Below are positions 37,473 to 50,983 of a stretch of DNA of 64,000 nt, piece after piece (position 1 is the stretch's first letter; each line of letters starts with the position of its first letter). The stretch comes from Tubiluchus corallicola (lineage: Eukaryota; Animalia; Priapulida), in contig JAQGDQ010000093.1 in assembly GCA_030141605.1 (NCBI GenBank), forward strand, positions 496,001 through 560,000, given 5' to 3'. The notes under the pieces are model-generated. The model worked only from the letters and a program-made list of their open reading frames with translations. It had not been told where the DNA came from and ran no database searches. A program made the position numbers and the translations under genes.

Positions 37473-37910
37473 AGGACATCTTAACCTTTAAAACTATCTA
37501 GTGTAGTTTTGGCCTTATAGGACATCTTAACATTTAAAACTACCTAGCGTAGTTTTGGCCTTATATGACATCTTAATATTTAAAATTATCTAGCGTAGTT
37601 TTGGCCTTATAGGACATCTTAATATTTAAAACTATCTAGCGTAGTTTTGGTCTTATAGGACATCTTAACATTTAAAACTATCTAGCGTAGTTTTGGCCTT
37701 ATAGGACATCTTAACATTTTAAAACTATCTAGCGTAGTTTTGGCCTTATAAGACATCTTAAAATTTCTAAACTATCTAGCGTAGTTTTGACCTTATAGAA
37801 CATCTTAACATGTCTAAACTACCTAGAGTTGGCCTTATAGGACATCGTACCATTTCTAAGCTACCTAGCCTAGTTTTGGCCTTATAGGACATCTTAACAT
37901 TTCAAAACTG
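37473..37910. repeat. 46-bp minisatellite, about 9.5 copies
   Basis: Unit AGGACATCTTAACATTTAAAACTATCTAGCGTAGTTTTGGCCTTAT. Confidence 0.95.
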
Positions 37911-40039
37911 GGCGCAATTTTCGTCTTACTCTAGATCAACAAAAATGTGTCTAGAGAGCTATAAGATCAAGGAATTTAATGGTTAAACCTGGTTCTTGCT
38001 GTCTTAGTTTATTTTCCATAGGTTTATGGCCCATGCAAGGGGTTTACACAGCTTTGGAACTAAGTGGTTTGGTAGTTTGCCTCATTCTTAAAGCTCTTTA
38101 GTGTTAGAATAGATGTATCTATGGTTCCCAATGACGCCACAGTTAAATCTCATCATCAAAAATAAGAACTGCATTAAGACAGGTAAACATCCACTTTTTG
38201 CAATAGTTTTTTTAATGCTTTTCATAAGAACATTTTTCCCCTAACATGCATTTGGTCTTAGTACTGATGGCGAAGCAAATAAATCTCATGTAATTGAGGA
38301 AACTTATTTGTATTCTGGCAGTGCGTGAGAACGACAGTGGACATACACAAAGCTTGAGAAGTTAATTGTTTTTCTCATGCTTTCTGTGACGAAGAACCAA
38401 ACACTACCCGGACAAAAGCGCATGTTTGATAATTCTTGATACCTATGTCCTGTTAACTTTCTACAAAAACTGCAGCTTAGTGATCACAACGTTAGTACCA
38501 ACGACGGCACGATCCATACACCAATATCCTCTATATCCGTGATCTCAATGACCACAACCTTGGCATTCAACATTCAAGACTTCAGAAGCACAACCTGGTA
38601 CTCATAAAATCAACACCCGCAACTTTGGTATCAATATCCTCGGCACTCAGAACCTCAACACCCAAAATCTCCGTACCCGCAACCACAGAGGGAATGTCAA
38701 AATTTTCCTTTTGTTTGTTCACGCAGTGTGTAAACCAAAGCAATCAGTTCTCTGACGACATGCCTTTATGAGAAAAATTATACAGTATCTAAGCACCTAA
38801 GCTTAAAATTCCACGTATTTAATGGCGACAAGAACCAAGTTTACTGCTACGTTAAAATGTGCTGCACAAAAATCCTCAAATTTCCAAAAAATAAATAACG
38901 GCTTCTCAGCATAGTTGGAGCATAAAAACAACATTTATGCTTTAAGGTATTCTTCAAGGGGTAATCCTGTAGCCGTTCCTCTTTGACACATATATCAATT
39001 TGACATTATTGATAAAAAGTGGCATACAAAGAGCTACTTAGACTTGCTTACAGCTGTCAACTGTCATCTCCTGTGGATTTATATGTAACCTGATCATAGT
39101 AACCAACGTTTTTTATTAATTTTTTCAATTCAGTAATTTTTGGGACCATAACCACCTAAACAACTTAGCAGCTGAATGATAAAAGTGAATGTGAATTGGT
39201 TGAAAAAAGGTACAGGAACTCCTTTGACCATTTCGCTGGCAGTTTGAAAAAGACAAAACAATGGCATCTGATACATTAACCTAAGAAAGTTTAACCTTGC
39301 CATTGGTGTCAAACTATCTCAGTTACCTTTAGAAGAGAATTTTGACTCAACCTGTAATTTTGTACTGTGTTTGGCCACCAACAATTATGAGATTTTCTGA
39401 CTGCAAAGTTTAGTCTTGTTCCTAGGTAGTATAGCCTCTGATTATTAGGCTCAGACTACTTTACTTCCGGAGGTAAACTACATCAGCTACCCCTATACGA
39501 ATTTTTTTTATTCAACTGTGATTTTGTGTTTGGCGGCAATAATCACGAGCTCTTCTGACTGCTAAGTGTGTTCCTGTTCCTAGTTAGGCTCTGATTACTA
39601 GCCAAACAGGCTACCGGTGTCTTTCCTCGCACACCCGGGTCAGGATGTTTTGAATTTGTGTTTGCAAACTTCGTGCTTCTAATGGAGGCATTCGCCATGT
39701 TTTGCTGCCCTACTGCGGCGCTGCTGTGCGCCGTCAAATAGCAAACAAACAATCATCGGCGGATTGATACAGCGCTAACACATTAGCGAGGATGTAAACA
39801 GTCGGCAAAGGACTTAATTCAGCTGTTTATTGGACGATAAGGACCCCCGGAGCCATGTGACACGCACGTGGGTCATTACCCTGTTTAACCCCATAGATAA
39901 TTATAAATGGATAATTCACTAAAAACTGTAGCAATCCATTTGTATGTCTTGCCATTTACAATAAAAAAAAACAACAAAATTGAGCTTTGCATATTTTCCT
40001 TTTGCCTATATGTCAATACATATCATGTCATATTGACAT

Positions 40040-40606
40040 GCCATCTCCAAAACTAACTTAACAAGATTTCGTATTAGTGCTCATAAATTAGCAATTGAAA
40101 TCGGTAGATATCATAAGCTGAAAAAATACCTGTAGAACAACGAATATGTAAAAATGGCTATTTGAACAAATTAGAGGATGAATTGCGTGTAATTACTGAA
40201 TACCCACCGTATGCTCATATGAGAGAGGAATGTTTTCATATTCTTTTTGATTTCTGTCCTCACTTTCATTATATGTCTCCTAATGAGCAGTTCGTGTTTT
40301 TAAATGCGTCACAAAATGTAGAAGTTATTGAAATTAATGCCAAATTGGTCCACAAAATATTTGAAAATATAGGCCCGACTGAGATACCTCAGTGCAAGCC
40401 TGACTGACTGACTAACTGTAATACATATGTAATATTAAGTTTATGATATGTATATGTACGTTGCTCTGTTGTATGCGTTTTTTATGCTTGTATTATTATA
40501 CCACTTATATGCCGTTTCTTTGCTCAGCTGTATAATGTTTTTAAATCGTTTTCTTTGTCGTTTGTAATTTATTTCCTTAATGGTTCAATAAATAAATAAA
40601 AAAAAA
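40040..40606 (+). mobile_element. 5'-truncated CR1/L2-group LINE 3' end
   Basis: LTRFRISAHKLAIEIGRY...EQRICK...LEDE...PPYAHMR (frameshifted), then a 3' UTR with an AATAAA/A-rich tail. Confidence 0.8.
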
Positions 40607-41304
40607 TTTGACAAAAGAACGATTGTTTTGCCCAATAATTAGTCATTTTGATGCGTATAATTATAACGTGCAACGATGCGATTTGCATTATAACATTTAT
40701 TTATTCATGTGTGCCAATATTGGCCTCTTATTGTGTTTCTCTACATTATGCACCATTCTTTAACGTGTCTAAACTATCTATCTGCCTATAACTGTAAAAA
40801 TGTTGTAAAATTCGCGTCTTAATAATCTTCCAGTAATGCCTGTCAAAGGGGCCAACACCATCAGGAATTCCATGACTAATACTGTGGTGTTTTACTGTAC
40901 AAGGGGCATTTAATGTCTTTTTCATTAACTACCCGCATAATTAGATAGCAGCCACAGTACATTACTATGGACAGTAAAAGTTTGCGAGAAGCCACTATAT
41001 GTGTTTTGCTGTGAGTGTAAATAGGCTAAGAACATGTATTGGCATTACCCAGTTTTCTTTTACCACAGGCTGTTTTCTCTGTATTAAAACTAATTACTAT
41101 GATTTTTTTGGTGACTTGTGATATAGGTGCATTATTAGATGAGTATTTTAATCTGTAGAAAACATATAATAGTGACTTCGTTAACTGCAAATCACCGATA
41201 AAAATCTTTGTCCTTGTACTTTAAACGAAAACCATGTTAGAATATGCCTATATTCACTTTATGAAACCCCGAGCATTATCATTGTTCTAGTGGTATAAAG
41301 AAAG

Positions 41305-41366
41305 AGGGGGAGAGAATAATAGAGAAAAAAGAGAAGAGAGAGAGAGAGAGAGAGAGAGGGGGGAGG

Positions 41367-41415
<49 letters not shown>

Positions 41416-41461
41416 AGGGAGGGAGAGAAGAGAGAGAGGGAGAGGGGAGAGAGAGAGAGAA

Positions 41462-41547
<86 letters not shown>
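41305..41547. repeat. (GA)n compound microsatellite
   Basis: Visible directly in the sequence. Confidence 0.97.
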
Positions 41548-41552
<5 letters not shown>

Positions 41553-41966
41553 GAAGATTTTTGTAATATTACAGGGCAAATCACCTAGAGCAAATACAAG
41601 GTCAGGTAACTTCTTTCCCTCCCTCTTTCTCTTCTTTCTTCTCTCTCCTCTTTCTCCTCGCCTCCCCGTCTCGATGTAGATCCTCCCTCTGCCACAAACA
41701 ACTGATGGAATGACAAAATAACGCCGTGGAAGAGTTATCCATAATTAATTGCGTTTTCCGGCGCTCTGCCATTAAAATCTCTACTCATTGCGTCATGGAT
41801 GGGGCCCTGGAGGATTGGTGACATTAGCATGATTTGTTTCCACAAAAGCGCTGAGAAATTTGCAGGGTTGGAGAGCCCTGACAGTGTGTATGAAGCTGCA
41901 ATGTGTTTTTCAAGCAGGAAAAAATTGATATGCATGCATGGGAAGGGCCTATTGTTGTACAGTAAA

Positions 41967-42586
41967 TTAAAGCAAAACCGGGCCCAAACTAAAACTGTAG
42001 GTCAAAGCAATCTACTCTTTGAAATATTGAAAGGAAACATACTATTTTTACAAAAATGACTTACGTAAAAGAATTATTACCACACAAACCCAGTTTCACG
42101 TTCGCGCCACTAGTTCTTCGCTATTACATGAATTTCACATTTTGCTGGTTAGACGGGCACTAGCGCCTTCAATTCTGAAACGCATTGCACAAAAACATGT
42201 GCTGTTCCTCTCAGTTCAGATGTGTTAGTTAGTGATGAGCTACACACGTTCGACAGCTCATGCGTGAGCACAGCGGAAATTTTGAAATTTAAATTTTGAT
42301 CTTAAAACGTGCCTAGTTTTACTGCAACACATGGAATATCTTACAGTAGCACTGTACTTCAATTTTCACTTTTGCAAACACGTGCAACACGCTCGTGGAA
42401 TATTTTTGCTGTTGAAAAGCATGTTAGTTTGTGATGTCATCGATAGTTGGGGTCGCCCGCGGTTAATTTTTAATCTATTATTTAATTATCAAAAACGCTT
42501 TTGCAGTTGTAATTGCGTTAAAATGTATACTTTTTATCGGACTTGAAATGGGATAGTGTATGAAAAACCATCCTGTGTTCCTTTAA
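41967..42586 (+). mobile_element. TTAA family A element, full length (~620 bp)
   Basis: TTAA-AGCAAAACCGGGC...CCTGTGTTCCT-TTAA. Confidence 0.87.
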
Positions 42587-43055
42587 ATGAACAAACCTCC
42601 GTTTGACATAATGTCAAAGTTCAATGTAAATTCTGATATGCAAACAGGAGAAGGGGCTATTTTTGTTCAGTAATTCACAAAGTTTCATCCCTTAGGAAGG
42701 TTACTAAGTCTTTTGCACGGGGTTCGTTTGTTACATTTGTCAAATTTTCTAGTGTATTTCGCGCTGAATTTTGTAACTTGCTTTGTGCGTATGGTTATTG
42801 CTTTTGTAATATGTGGCTCAAAAAGCTATCTAGTGTAATTCATCAGTGTAAGATTATGTCCGGTCTATTTACAAGATGATTTAACATTTCATTACTTTAA
42901 TAACCAATCATTAATTACTTAATTAGGTGCAACAACTCCGCAATAGATCTTACCTGTTTAAGCCAAAGTTAATAAATCTAATGGCGATTTACGTTAATCA
43001 AATACTGATATAATTTGTTGCGGGAGAATGAAGCTTAAAATGTTAAGTGCTGCTA

Positions 43056-43064
43056 CAGGCAGGC

Positions 43065-43143
<79 letters not shown>

Positions 43144-43160
43144 GACAGACAAACGGATAG

Positions 43161-43207
<47 letters not shown>

Positions 43208-43335
43208 CATACATACATGCATACATGCATACAGACAGATGAACGGACAGACAGACACACACACACGCACACAGATAGATAGATCTAGATAGGTAGACAG
43301 ACAGACAGACAGTCAGACAGAAAGATAGACAGACA
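43056..43335. repeat. Compound (GACA)n/(CA)n/(TA)n microsatellite
   Basis: Visible directly in the sequence. Confidence 0.97.
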
Positions 43336-44423
43336 AAAAGACTTGGGCATTATTATTATACAATTAAGATAGAAAGAATAGAAAGATGGTGAAAAATTTA
43401 GGAGAAAAGAAACACATGTCATTCATAGTTCATCCAGTTGAAAACCAAAAAAAAAATCTAAAAATTACCGGCAAAAACTGACTTTTTTGAACAACAGAAA
43501 AAAGTGAAAGAAGAAAAAGGAGAACGAATTTTCAAGAACTCCCGACAGGAACAGGTGGGAAAACGTGGAAAATGAGAACACGGTGTCAGAAAAAGCATAC
43601 CTGGGAATTACACTGAATATGACGTGTATCATTATTACTTAGATACTAATTAACAATGTTTCATTAACGCTTAATTACTAATTAGTCATGTGTTATTATT
43701 ACTTTATAGCTAATTAGTAATTAGAGAAGATGACATTCTTACTAATTATGCACAAATATTCTTCTAACAAGGGAGTTTATCTATACATATTTAAACGTGT
43801 TTTGTGCAGTAAAGTTTATACCGTTAAGCAATAAATGGTAAAGCGTCTCATTTCTGCTGCTTTATCATCAATAAAAGGTCCAGAAATCTTCCAGTATAGT
43901 CGTTAGAAATGTGCATTATTTAAATTAAAATACGAACTCTTCGCGGCATTTCATTACTTTCTGGTGTAATATCGTGCTATTTTGTATTTTGATGAGAAAA
44001 AATAATAACCAGGTTTCTGCAGAATAATATAAAAACGGATAATATCGGGTGGCGCAGAAAAATGCGCCGGAGTTCAGGCTGTAATAAATTCAGAAGCAAC
44101 AGCTAAAAGTTGACATTTCACAGAAAGATATTACAATTCATTCGCTTTTGCGTGAAAAAGTTACAAGTTAAAATTAGCAGTATTATGACTGACATGTTTT
44201 TGCATGTTAACGTTTTAGTATCTATATTAAAATTATATGAATTAGTTATTTGTTATGTGTGTTTTTTGGCTCTATAGCTATAATGTAACAGCTCTGTTTT
44301 CTACTTCTGTATTTTGTTGTTGTTTTGCTGTATGTATGTCATTGTAGTATATGTATACGACAATAATAAATTCTAAATTCTATGTTAAAAAATTAAATGC
44401 CGGAACAATGTCAGCTAATAATG

Positions 44424-44814
44424 AATAAGCCTTTTCACAGTTCCAGCAGTTGATGATGACCGTGAAAAGGTTAATGGTTAAGTGTACCAGACGACAAATT
44501 CGTGTACACTTGACAACGCCTCACAGCCCATGCTATTGTAATAGTAACAGTTTTAACAGCTAGCTAGAACCTTACCTAGTTCATTTTTTCTTTTTCCAAA
44601 CAAGATTCTGCTAGTAAATCACTCTACCACTGACGCACAGACTAATGCATAATTAAGTAAGATCCACGTAAAACGACTGAAATTACTGAACTGATGCTTT
44701 GCGTTACTCACATGTCACGTGACGATTGTAGTTAAGACGCGTTGCTGTGGTACACTTAATCTTTGACCTACAGCAACTGCGCGTGCGCACAACGAAACTA
44801 TGTAAAAGCTTATT
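44424..44814. mobile_element. MITE with ~21-bp TIR (ISL2EU/Harbinger-like ends)
   Basis: Second copy of 62971-63362. AATAAGCCTTTTCACAGTTCC...GAAACTATGTAAAAGCTTATT. Confidence 0.75.
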
Positions 44815-44819
44815 ATTGG

Positions 44820-45170
44820 ACAAGAGCCACGTTCAGTGACGAGTTATGCACGTCAGCAAAGAATACATGGTAGCAAAGAATAAAGGAATCAACCAGCTAA
44901 CATCTACAGAGAAAATGAAGCACTGATAAAGATTTGTTGCTAAAAAGGGCTTAATCCTCTGGATTACGGTATCTGGAATTCCATTAAAGAGAGAATGTAC
45001 AATGGCCGCGAAGAGTCGTCTGAAGCAGAGGAAGAAAGGCAAAAATTGTTAAGTACTTGGTCCAAATGTCCCTTTAAGAAGTGAGAAACTGTCAGCTGCT
45101 GGAAGAAACGGTCTAGTTTGTGGTGAACATGATGGACACCTGGAATATTTGCTGTAGATTTTAACTACGG
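44820..45170 (+). pseudogene. Degenerate Tc1/mariner transposase C-terminal fragment
   Basis: LNPLDYGIWNSIKERMY near 44950-45000 matches the (SPD)LNPxDY/ExxW motif. Multiple frame breaks. Confidence 0.6.
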
Positions 45171-45369
45171 TGACACATTTTTTTATTTGTTTTAAAACTT
45201 CTGTATGTTTGGAAAAATCTGAGGAAATGATCTAAACTTTTCGGTGTTTATACATGGGTGTCTGCAACATTTGCGTGGAAATTTTCAATTGATCCAACAG
45301 GTATTTTATCACGTGATCACAGGTATTACAGCCATAGATATCTTAGAATTAATGAATTGTATCACCGTG

Positions 45370-45945
45370 AATGTCTATTGTTTCTGTACAAGTATTATAA
45401 TTAATGGGCTCCTTCCTCCTACATTTGTCAATTATTTAACTCCTGTTCAACAAATCCATAACTATGTTACTCGTAGAACTATTGGTAACTTTTATCCTCC
45501 TGCCATTCCACTAGTTACGGTTACCGAAATCCTTCATACACTGCTAGCCAATTATGGGCTGAAATTCCTCCTTCGGCAAAAGAATTTCATTTACAAGGTT
45601 TTAAAAAGCATATATTTGATTTGTTACTAAACTCGTTACCCAACCTGCTAACTAAGTACTTCTAATCTTATTTGCCTGTATTATTATCATTAATTGTTTT
45701 TATAGCTGAATATTGTTTTAACTTTTATATATTTTGTATGTATTTCTCCGTCTACGCCAAGCATGTGTTCGCGCAGTCTAGCGGTGAGTCTCGAAAGCTC
45801 ACGCTCCTGCTCTCCTCGAGGCTGATTTTATAATTTTCAAACCGTAACTGTTTTTATTATCGTATTGTCATTATCATTATGTATATAGTTTAATGTTTTG
45901 TATTGCAAATTAACCAAATAAAAAGTAATTGAATTGAATTGAAAT
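45370..45945 (+). mobile_element. 5'-truncated L2/Crack-like LINE 3' end
   Basis: LLPPTFVNY...IHNYVTR...SQLWAEIP...FKKHI, then a 3' UTR ending AATAAA plus (ATTGA)n. Confidence 0.75.
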
Positions 45946-46169
45946 GAACTACTGGAAAGTCCTATAACTTACGTAAGGGCATTGGAAGCCAACTATTTAT
46001 CATCAGTTAATTTACGTGAAGTGACCGAAGCAGTCGGGTGCTTTGACCACTGTCCGGTTAAGTGTGTACATCTGTTTGGTGTTGTGGCTAATCTCTAATG
46101 GGCTAACATGTTGAAGTTGTAAAATTGTGATGCGTTGTGCAACACGTGTAATGCGCAAATCACGTTGCG

Positions 46170-46172
<3 letters not shown>

Positions 46173-46256
<84 letters not shown>

Positions 46257-46282
46257 GCGCTCTCTCTCTCTCTTTCTCTGCG

Positions 46283-46341
<59 letters not shown>

Positions 46342-46342
46342 C
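46173..46342. repeat. (CT)n microsatellite
   Basis: Visible directly in the sequence. Confidence 0.97.
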
Positions 46343-46760
46343 CCATATGAACGTTAATACGAAATAAAGAATTACGTCAAATCTTCTCTATCTCTCTTTA
46401 TCGCAATTTGACAGATCTTGGTAAATCTCTTTCTTTCTCTCCTCCTCTTCTTTCTCTTTCTTTCTGTTTTTTGCCTCTCTCTTTCCCTCTCGCTCATTCA
46501 CTGCTTTTTCTCAGTATTACTTCTCCGTTTTCTTACTCACCTGGCTTCCCTCACTCGCAGTATTATAAGTCTATGGGCCACCAACAATCATTCATTTACT
46601 ATTCACTCAACAGCTTAACTACACGGCCGTCATGTCAGCTGCACCATTGTCGCCATTACTGTCGTCAGCTAAGTCGAGTATTGCAAACTCTGTACAGCAT
46701 GTAGATGTGAGGTGTTGAGCGTTCGCGTAAAACCAAGATTTCACACCCACACGTAATTAT

Positions 46761-47213
46761 CAGTTTAATGTTCTCCACAGAATACTACCGACAAAAGTTT
46801 TTCTATTAAAAATCAATAAGGTTGATTCTGACACTTGTAATTTTTGTAATTCGGAGACAGAAACTATATTTCATATACTGTGGAATTGTAATAAAGTAAA
46901 GCTCATACGGGAACATTTCAAACAATGGTGAGTGCAGAGTACAAGTAATGCATCAGAAATTGACAAGTCTGTTGTCATTTTTGAAAAGTTTCCGTTGAAG
47001 CTAGTTGGTTACTTTTGAAACACATACTCTAATGACTTACAGAACAACAGCAAAATTGCCACAGTGTAATCAATACATATTACTGATTACAACTAATTTC
47101 ATTCATTGACAACCAATTAGTGCTGGTATTTGTCTACTATTATTTTAAATGTCTTGGTTTTTTGTAATTTGTAAAGTATGTTTTGTACAAAATAAAATGT
47201 TTAACATAAAAAA
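46761..47213 (+). mobile_element. 5'-truncated L1/Tx1-type LINE 3' end
   Basis: QFNVLHRILPTKVFLLKINKVDSDTCNFCNSETETIFHILWNCNKVK (zf-RVT, CxxC...H...C), with AATAAA near 47191. Confidence 0.8.
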
Positions 47214-47357
47214 TATTTCACACCTATGCAAACAAGGTAAGCGCCGCTTAAAAAATAAATTATGTTTGAAAAGAAAGCGCAGCGGCAACAGTTACAGCTC
47301 TGTCAGATTCAAAACAGCTTTCCCGTGTTTTAAAACAGTCGTGGAGATGGTATCAAG

Positions 47358-47910
47358 CAGTGGCGGCTCGTGTGTAGGTACTGTGGTACTACAGCACCCC
47401 CTGTTTTCACTCATTATTATCGAAAATATTCAATATAATAAGTCTTTTTTCTGTAGTTCTTTCTTTGCACTTGCATGGAATCAGAGCACGTGAGTTTAGT
47501 ACTGTTTGCTTCACAGCGCAGCACAGTGGCGTTTGGCTGCTGTGCGCAGGCGGTCATGCGAATGTCTGAGATAAGACGCTGTACTTTAGGTAGTCTGTAG
47601 TACTTTAGGTACTTTAGGTAGTACTTAAAGAGTACTGGTCGCTCACTTCAGTACGTGTTGTCAGTTGTCACGTGCTTGAAAGCCGTGTACCGGTATATCC
47701 TCGAACTGCGACAATTTAGGCTATTCGTAAGAAAAAATACTTTTTGTTTAGGAGTTTATCAAGTTTATGTATAAATTAGTGTGTTTGTTTAAAATTACAA
47801 CTGCAACATTAAAATTACATATGCTTGTTTCGTTTTACACAGTATTAAAACAATGGCTAAAATGTTTAAATTTGCAGCTCCCCACTAATTTTAGCTAGGA
47901 GCCGCCACTG
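47358..47910 (-). mobile_element. hAT MITE, family D
   Basis: TIR CAGTGGCGGCTC and TSD GTATCAAG/GTATCAAT. Reverse of 24172-24681. Confidence 0.88.
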
Positions 47911-48067
47911 GTATCAATGAGCGATATATTTCAGGCCAACAAGCAAAGCAAATTACAACTGAGCTTTAAAGCTCTTACATATGTTCGTGATAAGAAATTC
48001 GGCCAGTACAGGAGGAATTGGTTAGTCATAGAGAATGGAGTTTCAAATCTTCTGTCTTGGTTCTTAA

Positions 48068-48730
48068 GGCGCGTTCAGACTTGCACGATTTCACCGCAAA
48101 TAAATTCTGAACGTGAAAGTAATGTCTGAACGTAAGCGTGTTCAGAACTAGAGAGTAAAACTTGCTACCAGTTACTCTGTGAAAGTATGCGCAACACTCA
48201 AATCTCTATTCACTATGAGAAGTTTGGAGAGTAACTCGTAAGCGTGTTCACACTAGAGAGTAAAACTGGCTACGAGTTACTCTGCGACAGTAAGCGCAAC
48301 ACTCAAATCTCTACTCACTATGAGAAGTGTGGAGAGTAACTCGCCCAGTAACTCGTAAGCGTGTTCAGACTAGAGAGTAAAACTTGCTACGAGTTACTCT
48401 CTGACAGTAAGCACAACACTCACATTTCTATTCACTATGAGAAGTGTGGAGAGTAACTCGCCCAGTAACTCCTAAGCGTGTTCAGACTAGAGTGTAAAAC
48501 TTGCTACAAGTTACTCTCCGACAGTAAGCGCAATACTCGAATCTCTATTCACCATGAGAAGTGTGGAGAGTAACTCGCCCAGTAACTCGTAGGCGCTTTC
48601 AGACTAGAATACTAGATAGTAACTCGCAGCAATTGCCGGAAAGTTTGCAATTTTTTGCCGTCACTAACTCGTAAAGCTGTTCATACTTGTGAGTTTGCTG
48701 TTAGAGGGAAAAGTCGTTAGTCTGAACAAT
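48068..48730. mobile_element. Harbinger-like element with four internal ~117-bp tandem units
   Basis: TAA-GGCGCGTTCAGACT start and AGTCTGAAC end. Units begin near 48132, 48238, 48355, 48472 and 48589. Confidence 0.7.
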
Positions 48731-48847
48731 CTGTTACACACTGGAGGCAAATGAATGGACAATGGTCAAACCGAAGAGTTATATCATTTGAAAAAACGTA
48801 TTTCATCGAATACAAAAATCAGTTAAACGGCGTTTCTTTTGGAGAGG

Positions 48848-49385
48848 TTAAAGGAAGACAGGACGATTTTTCATATAGACCCCATTTCCAAATCGAATTA
48901 AAACATACATTTTAATACAATTAATACTGCAAAAGCGTTTCTGATAACTAAATAATAGATTAAAAACTTAATTAACGACGGGCGAGCCCACCTATAGATG
49001 ACATCACAAACTAACAAAAATATTTCACGAGAGCGTTGCACGTGTTTGCGAAAGCGAAAATTGAAGTGCAGTGCTACTGTAAGACATTCAGTGTGTTGTA
49101 CTAAAACTAGGTAAGTTTTGAGATAAAAATTCAAATTTCAAATTTACCGCTGTGCTCACGCTTGAGCTGTTGAACATGTGTTGTTCGTCACAAACTAACG
49201 TAGCTGAAATGATAGTGCCCGTCTAACTAGAGAATGGCGAAATGGATGCAACAACGAAGATCTAGTGGCGCAAACGCGAAATTTTGTTTGTGTGGCAATA
49301 ATTCTTTCACGTAAGTCATTTTTGAAAAAATAGTATGTTGCCTTTTGATATTTTTAAGAGTAGATTGGGTTCGGTTTTGCTTTAA
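48848..49385 (-). mobile_element. TTAA family A element, both ends present
   Basis: TTAA-AGGAAGACAGGAC...TCGGTTTTGCT-TTAA. Confidence 0.85.
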
Positions 49386-49660
49386 TTATTGTTTACATAG
49401 TTAATTTTTGGTAAATTAGGACGTGGCAGGTTACCATGGCAATGCGATTAAACAACAGCCTCTGTTATGATGTTACAAAATTTTTTGAAAGAGGTTTGGC
49501 TTTGCGGAAAAAACATCAGATCGCATTACGGGTGGTAGCCTGGTATCCCTGGACGGGATTTCTTTACGAAGTTTACAACATCATTAATAAAAAACAGACA
49601 TGCGCCTGATGTGGGAATGATTTGCCATGAGTATTGCGGTGTAGTTCTATAGAAGATGCA

Positions 49661-50266
49661 TTAAAGCAAAACCGGACCCAGTCTTAAATTGTATGTCAAA
49701 ACAATTTACTCTTTAAAATATTGAAAGGAAACAAACTATGTTTTTTCAAAAATGACTTACGTGAAAGAATTATTGCCACACAAACAAAATTTCGCGTTTG
49801 CGCCACTAGTTCTTCGTTGTTACATCCATTTCGCCATTCTCTAGTTAGACGGGCACTAGCGCCAACATTTTAAAAACGCCTAAAACAAGAAACAGGTGCT
49901 GTACCTCTTCGTTCAGGTATATTAGTTTCCGACAAATTTGAAATTGAAATATAATTCTGGTAAATTTAAAACTTGAATATTTATCTTAAAACATGCCTAG
50001 TTCTAGTACAACACACTGAATATCTTACAGTAGCACTGTACTTCAATTTTCGCTTTCACAAACACGTCCAACACGCTCGTGCAATATTTTTACTGTTGAA
50101 AATTCTGTTAGTTTGTGATGTCATCAGTGTCATCGCCGCCGTTAATTAAGTTTTTAATCTATTATTTAATTATCAGAAACGCTTTTACAGTATTAATTGT
50201 GTTAAAATGTATACGTATTATCATACTATGCAGTGCTGTATGAAAAATCATTCTGACTTCCTTGAA
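49661..50266 (+). mobile_element. TTAA family A element, both ends present
   Basis: TTAA-AGCAAAACCGGAC...CTGACTTCCT-TGAA. Confidence 0.83.
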
Positions 50267-50670
50267 GCTCAAGAAAATACTTTCCACACACAAAGCATAA
50301 AACATTTGTCTTGAAATGTTTATATCACTTACATGGTGTCTTATTGTACACAGAGCTAGTATTAGCAGTAAAGTTGCATAAAAATTGTAAATTTAAACTC
50401 CCACGATGAGTGTTAGACGCAGCCATTTTAATGGAATGTCATTTGAAACAAGTTTAGATAACGTTGCATAAAGTTTGAAAAAATAATCAGAGCATTCGTA
50501 ATGCATTCATCGTGAGACACTCGTCACTAGCTAGACAAAAGTCTACTACTTCACGTTGTCAGTAAGATCATTAATGTGTTTTTGGTGAATCAGTGTTGCA
50601 CACTGGGATGACGATGTGATGCCGATTTACAGTTGGTGCGAATATTTCAATATTTCAAGTCTTTTCCAGT
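50266..50670 (-). mobile_element. Family B-related element abutting a family A end
   Basis: Starts AGCTCAAGAAAA. Body is the reverse of 32470-32775 and 51450-51790. Confidence 0.6.
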
Positions 50671-50786
50671 TGCTTAAGAGTTAGGTAATATAAGTTTGTA
50701 TGAAAAGTTCTTTGAGATATACATGTGCTTTAAAGGTTTTTCTTTCCTTTTTAAGGTTTGTTGAGTGGTAAATTCTCACGGTAATT

Positions 50787-50795
50787 GAGAGGGAC

Positions 50796-50838
<43 letters not shown>

Positions 50839-50897
50839 GAGAGAGAGAGGGGGGGAGAGAGAGAAAGAGGCAGAGAGAGAGAGAGAGAGACAGAGGA

Positions 50898-50982
<85 letters not shown>
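50787..50982. repeat. (GA)n microsatellite
   Basis: Visible directly in the sequence. Confidence 0.97.

Positions 50983-50983
<1 letters not shown>

Noticed and set aside
38100-39330. Ancient minus-strand CR1/L2 RT remnant
   Set aside because: Only faint fragments (ILYNFSHKG, LLWF) are visible, too decayed to list as a feature without a profile search.
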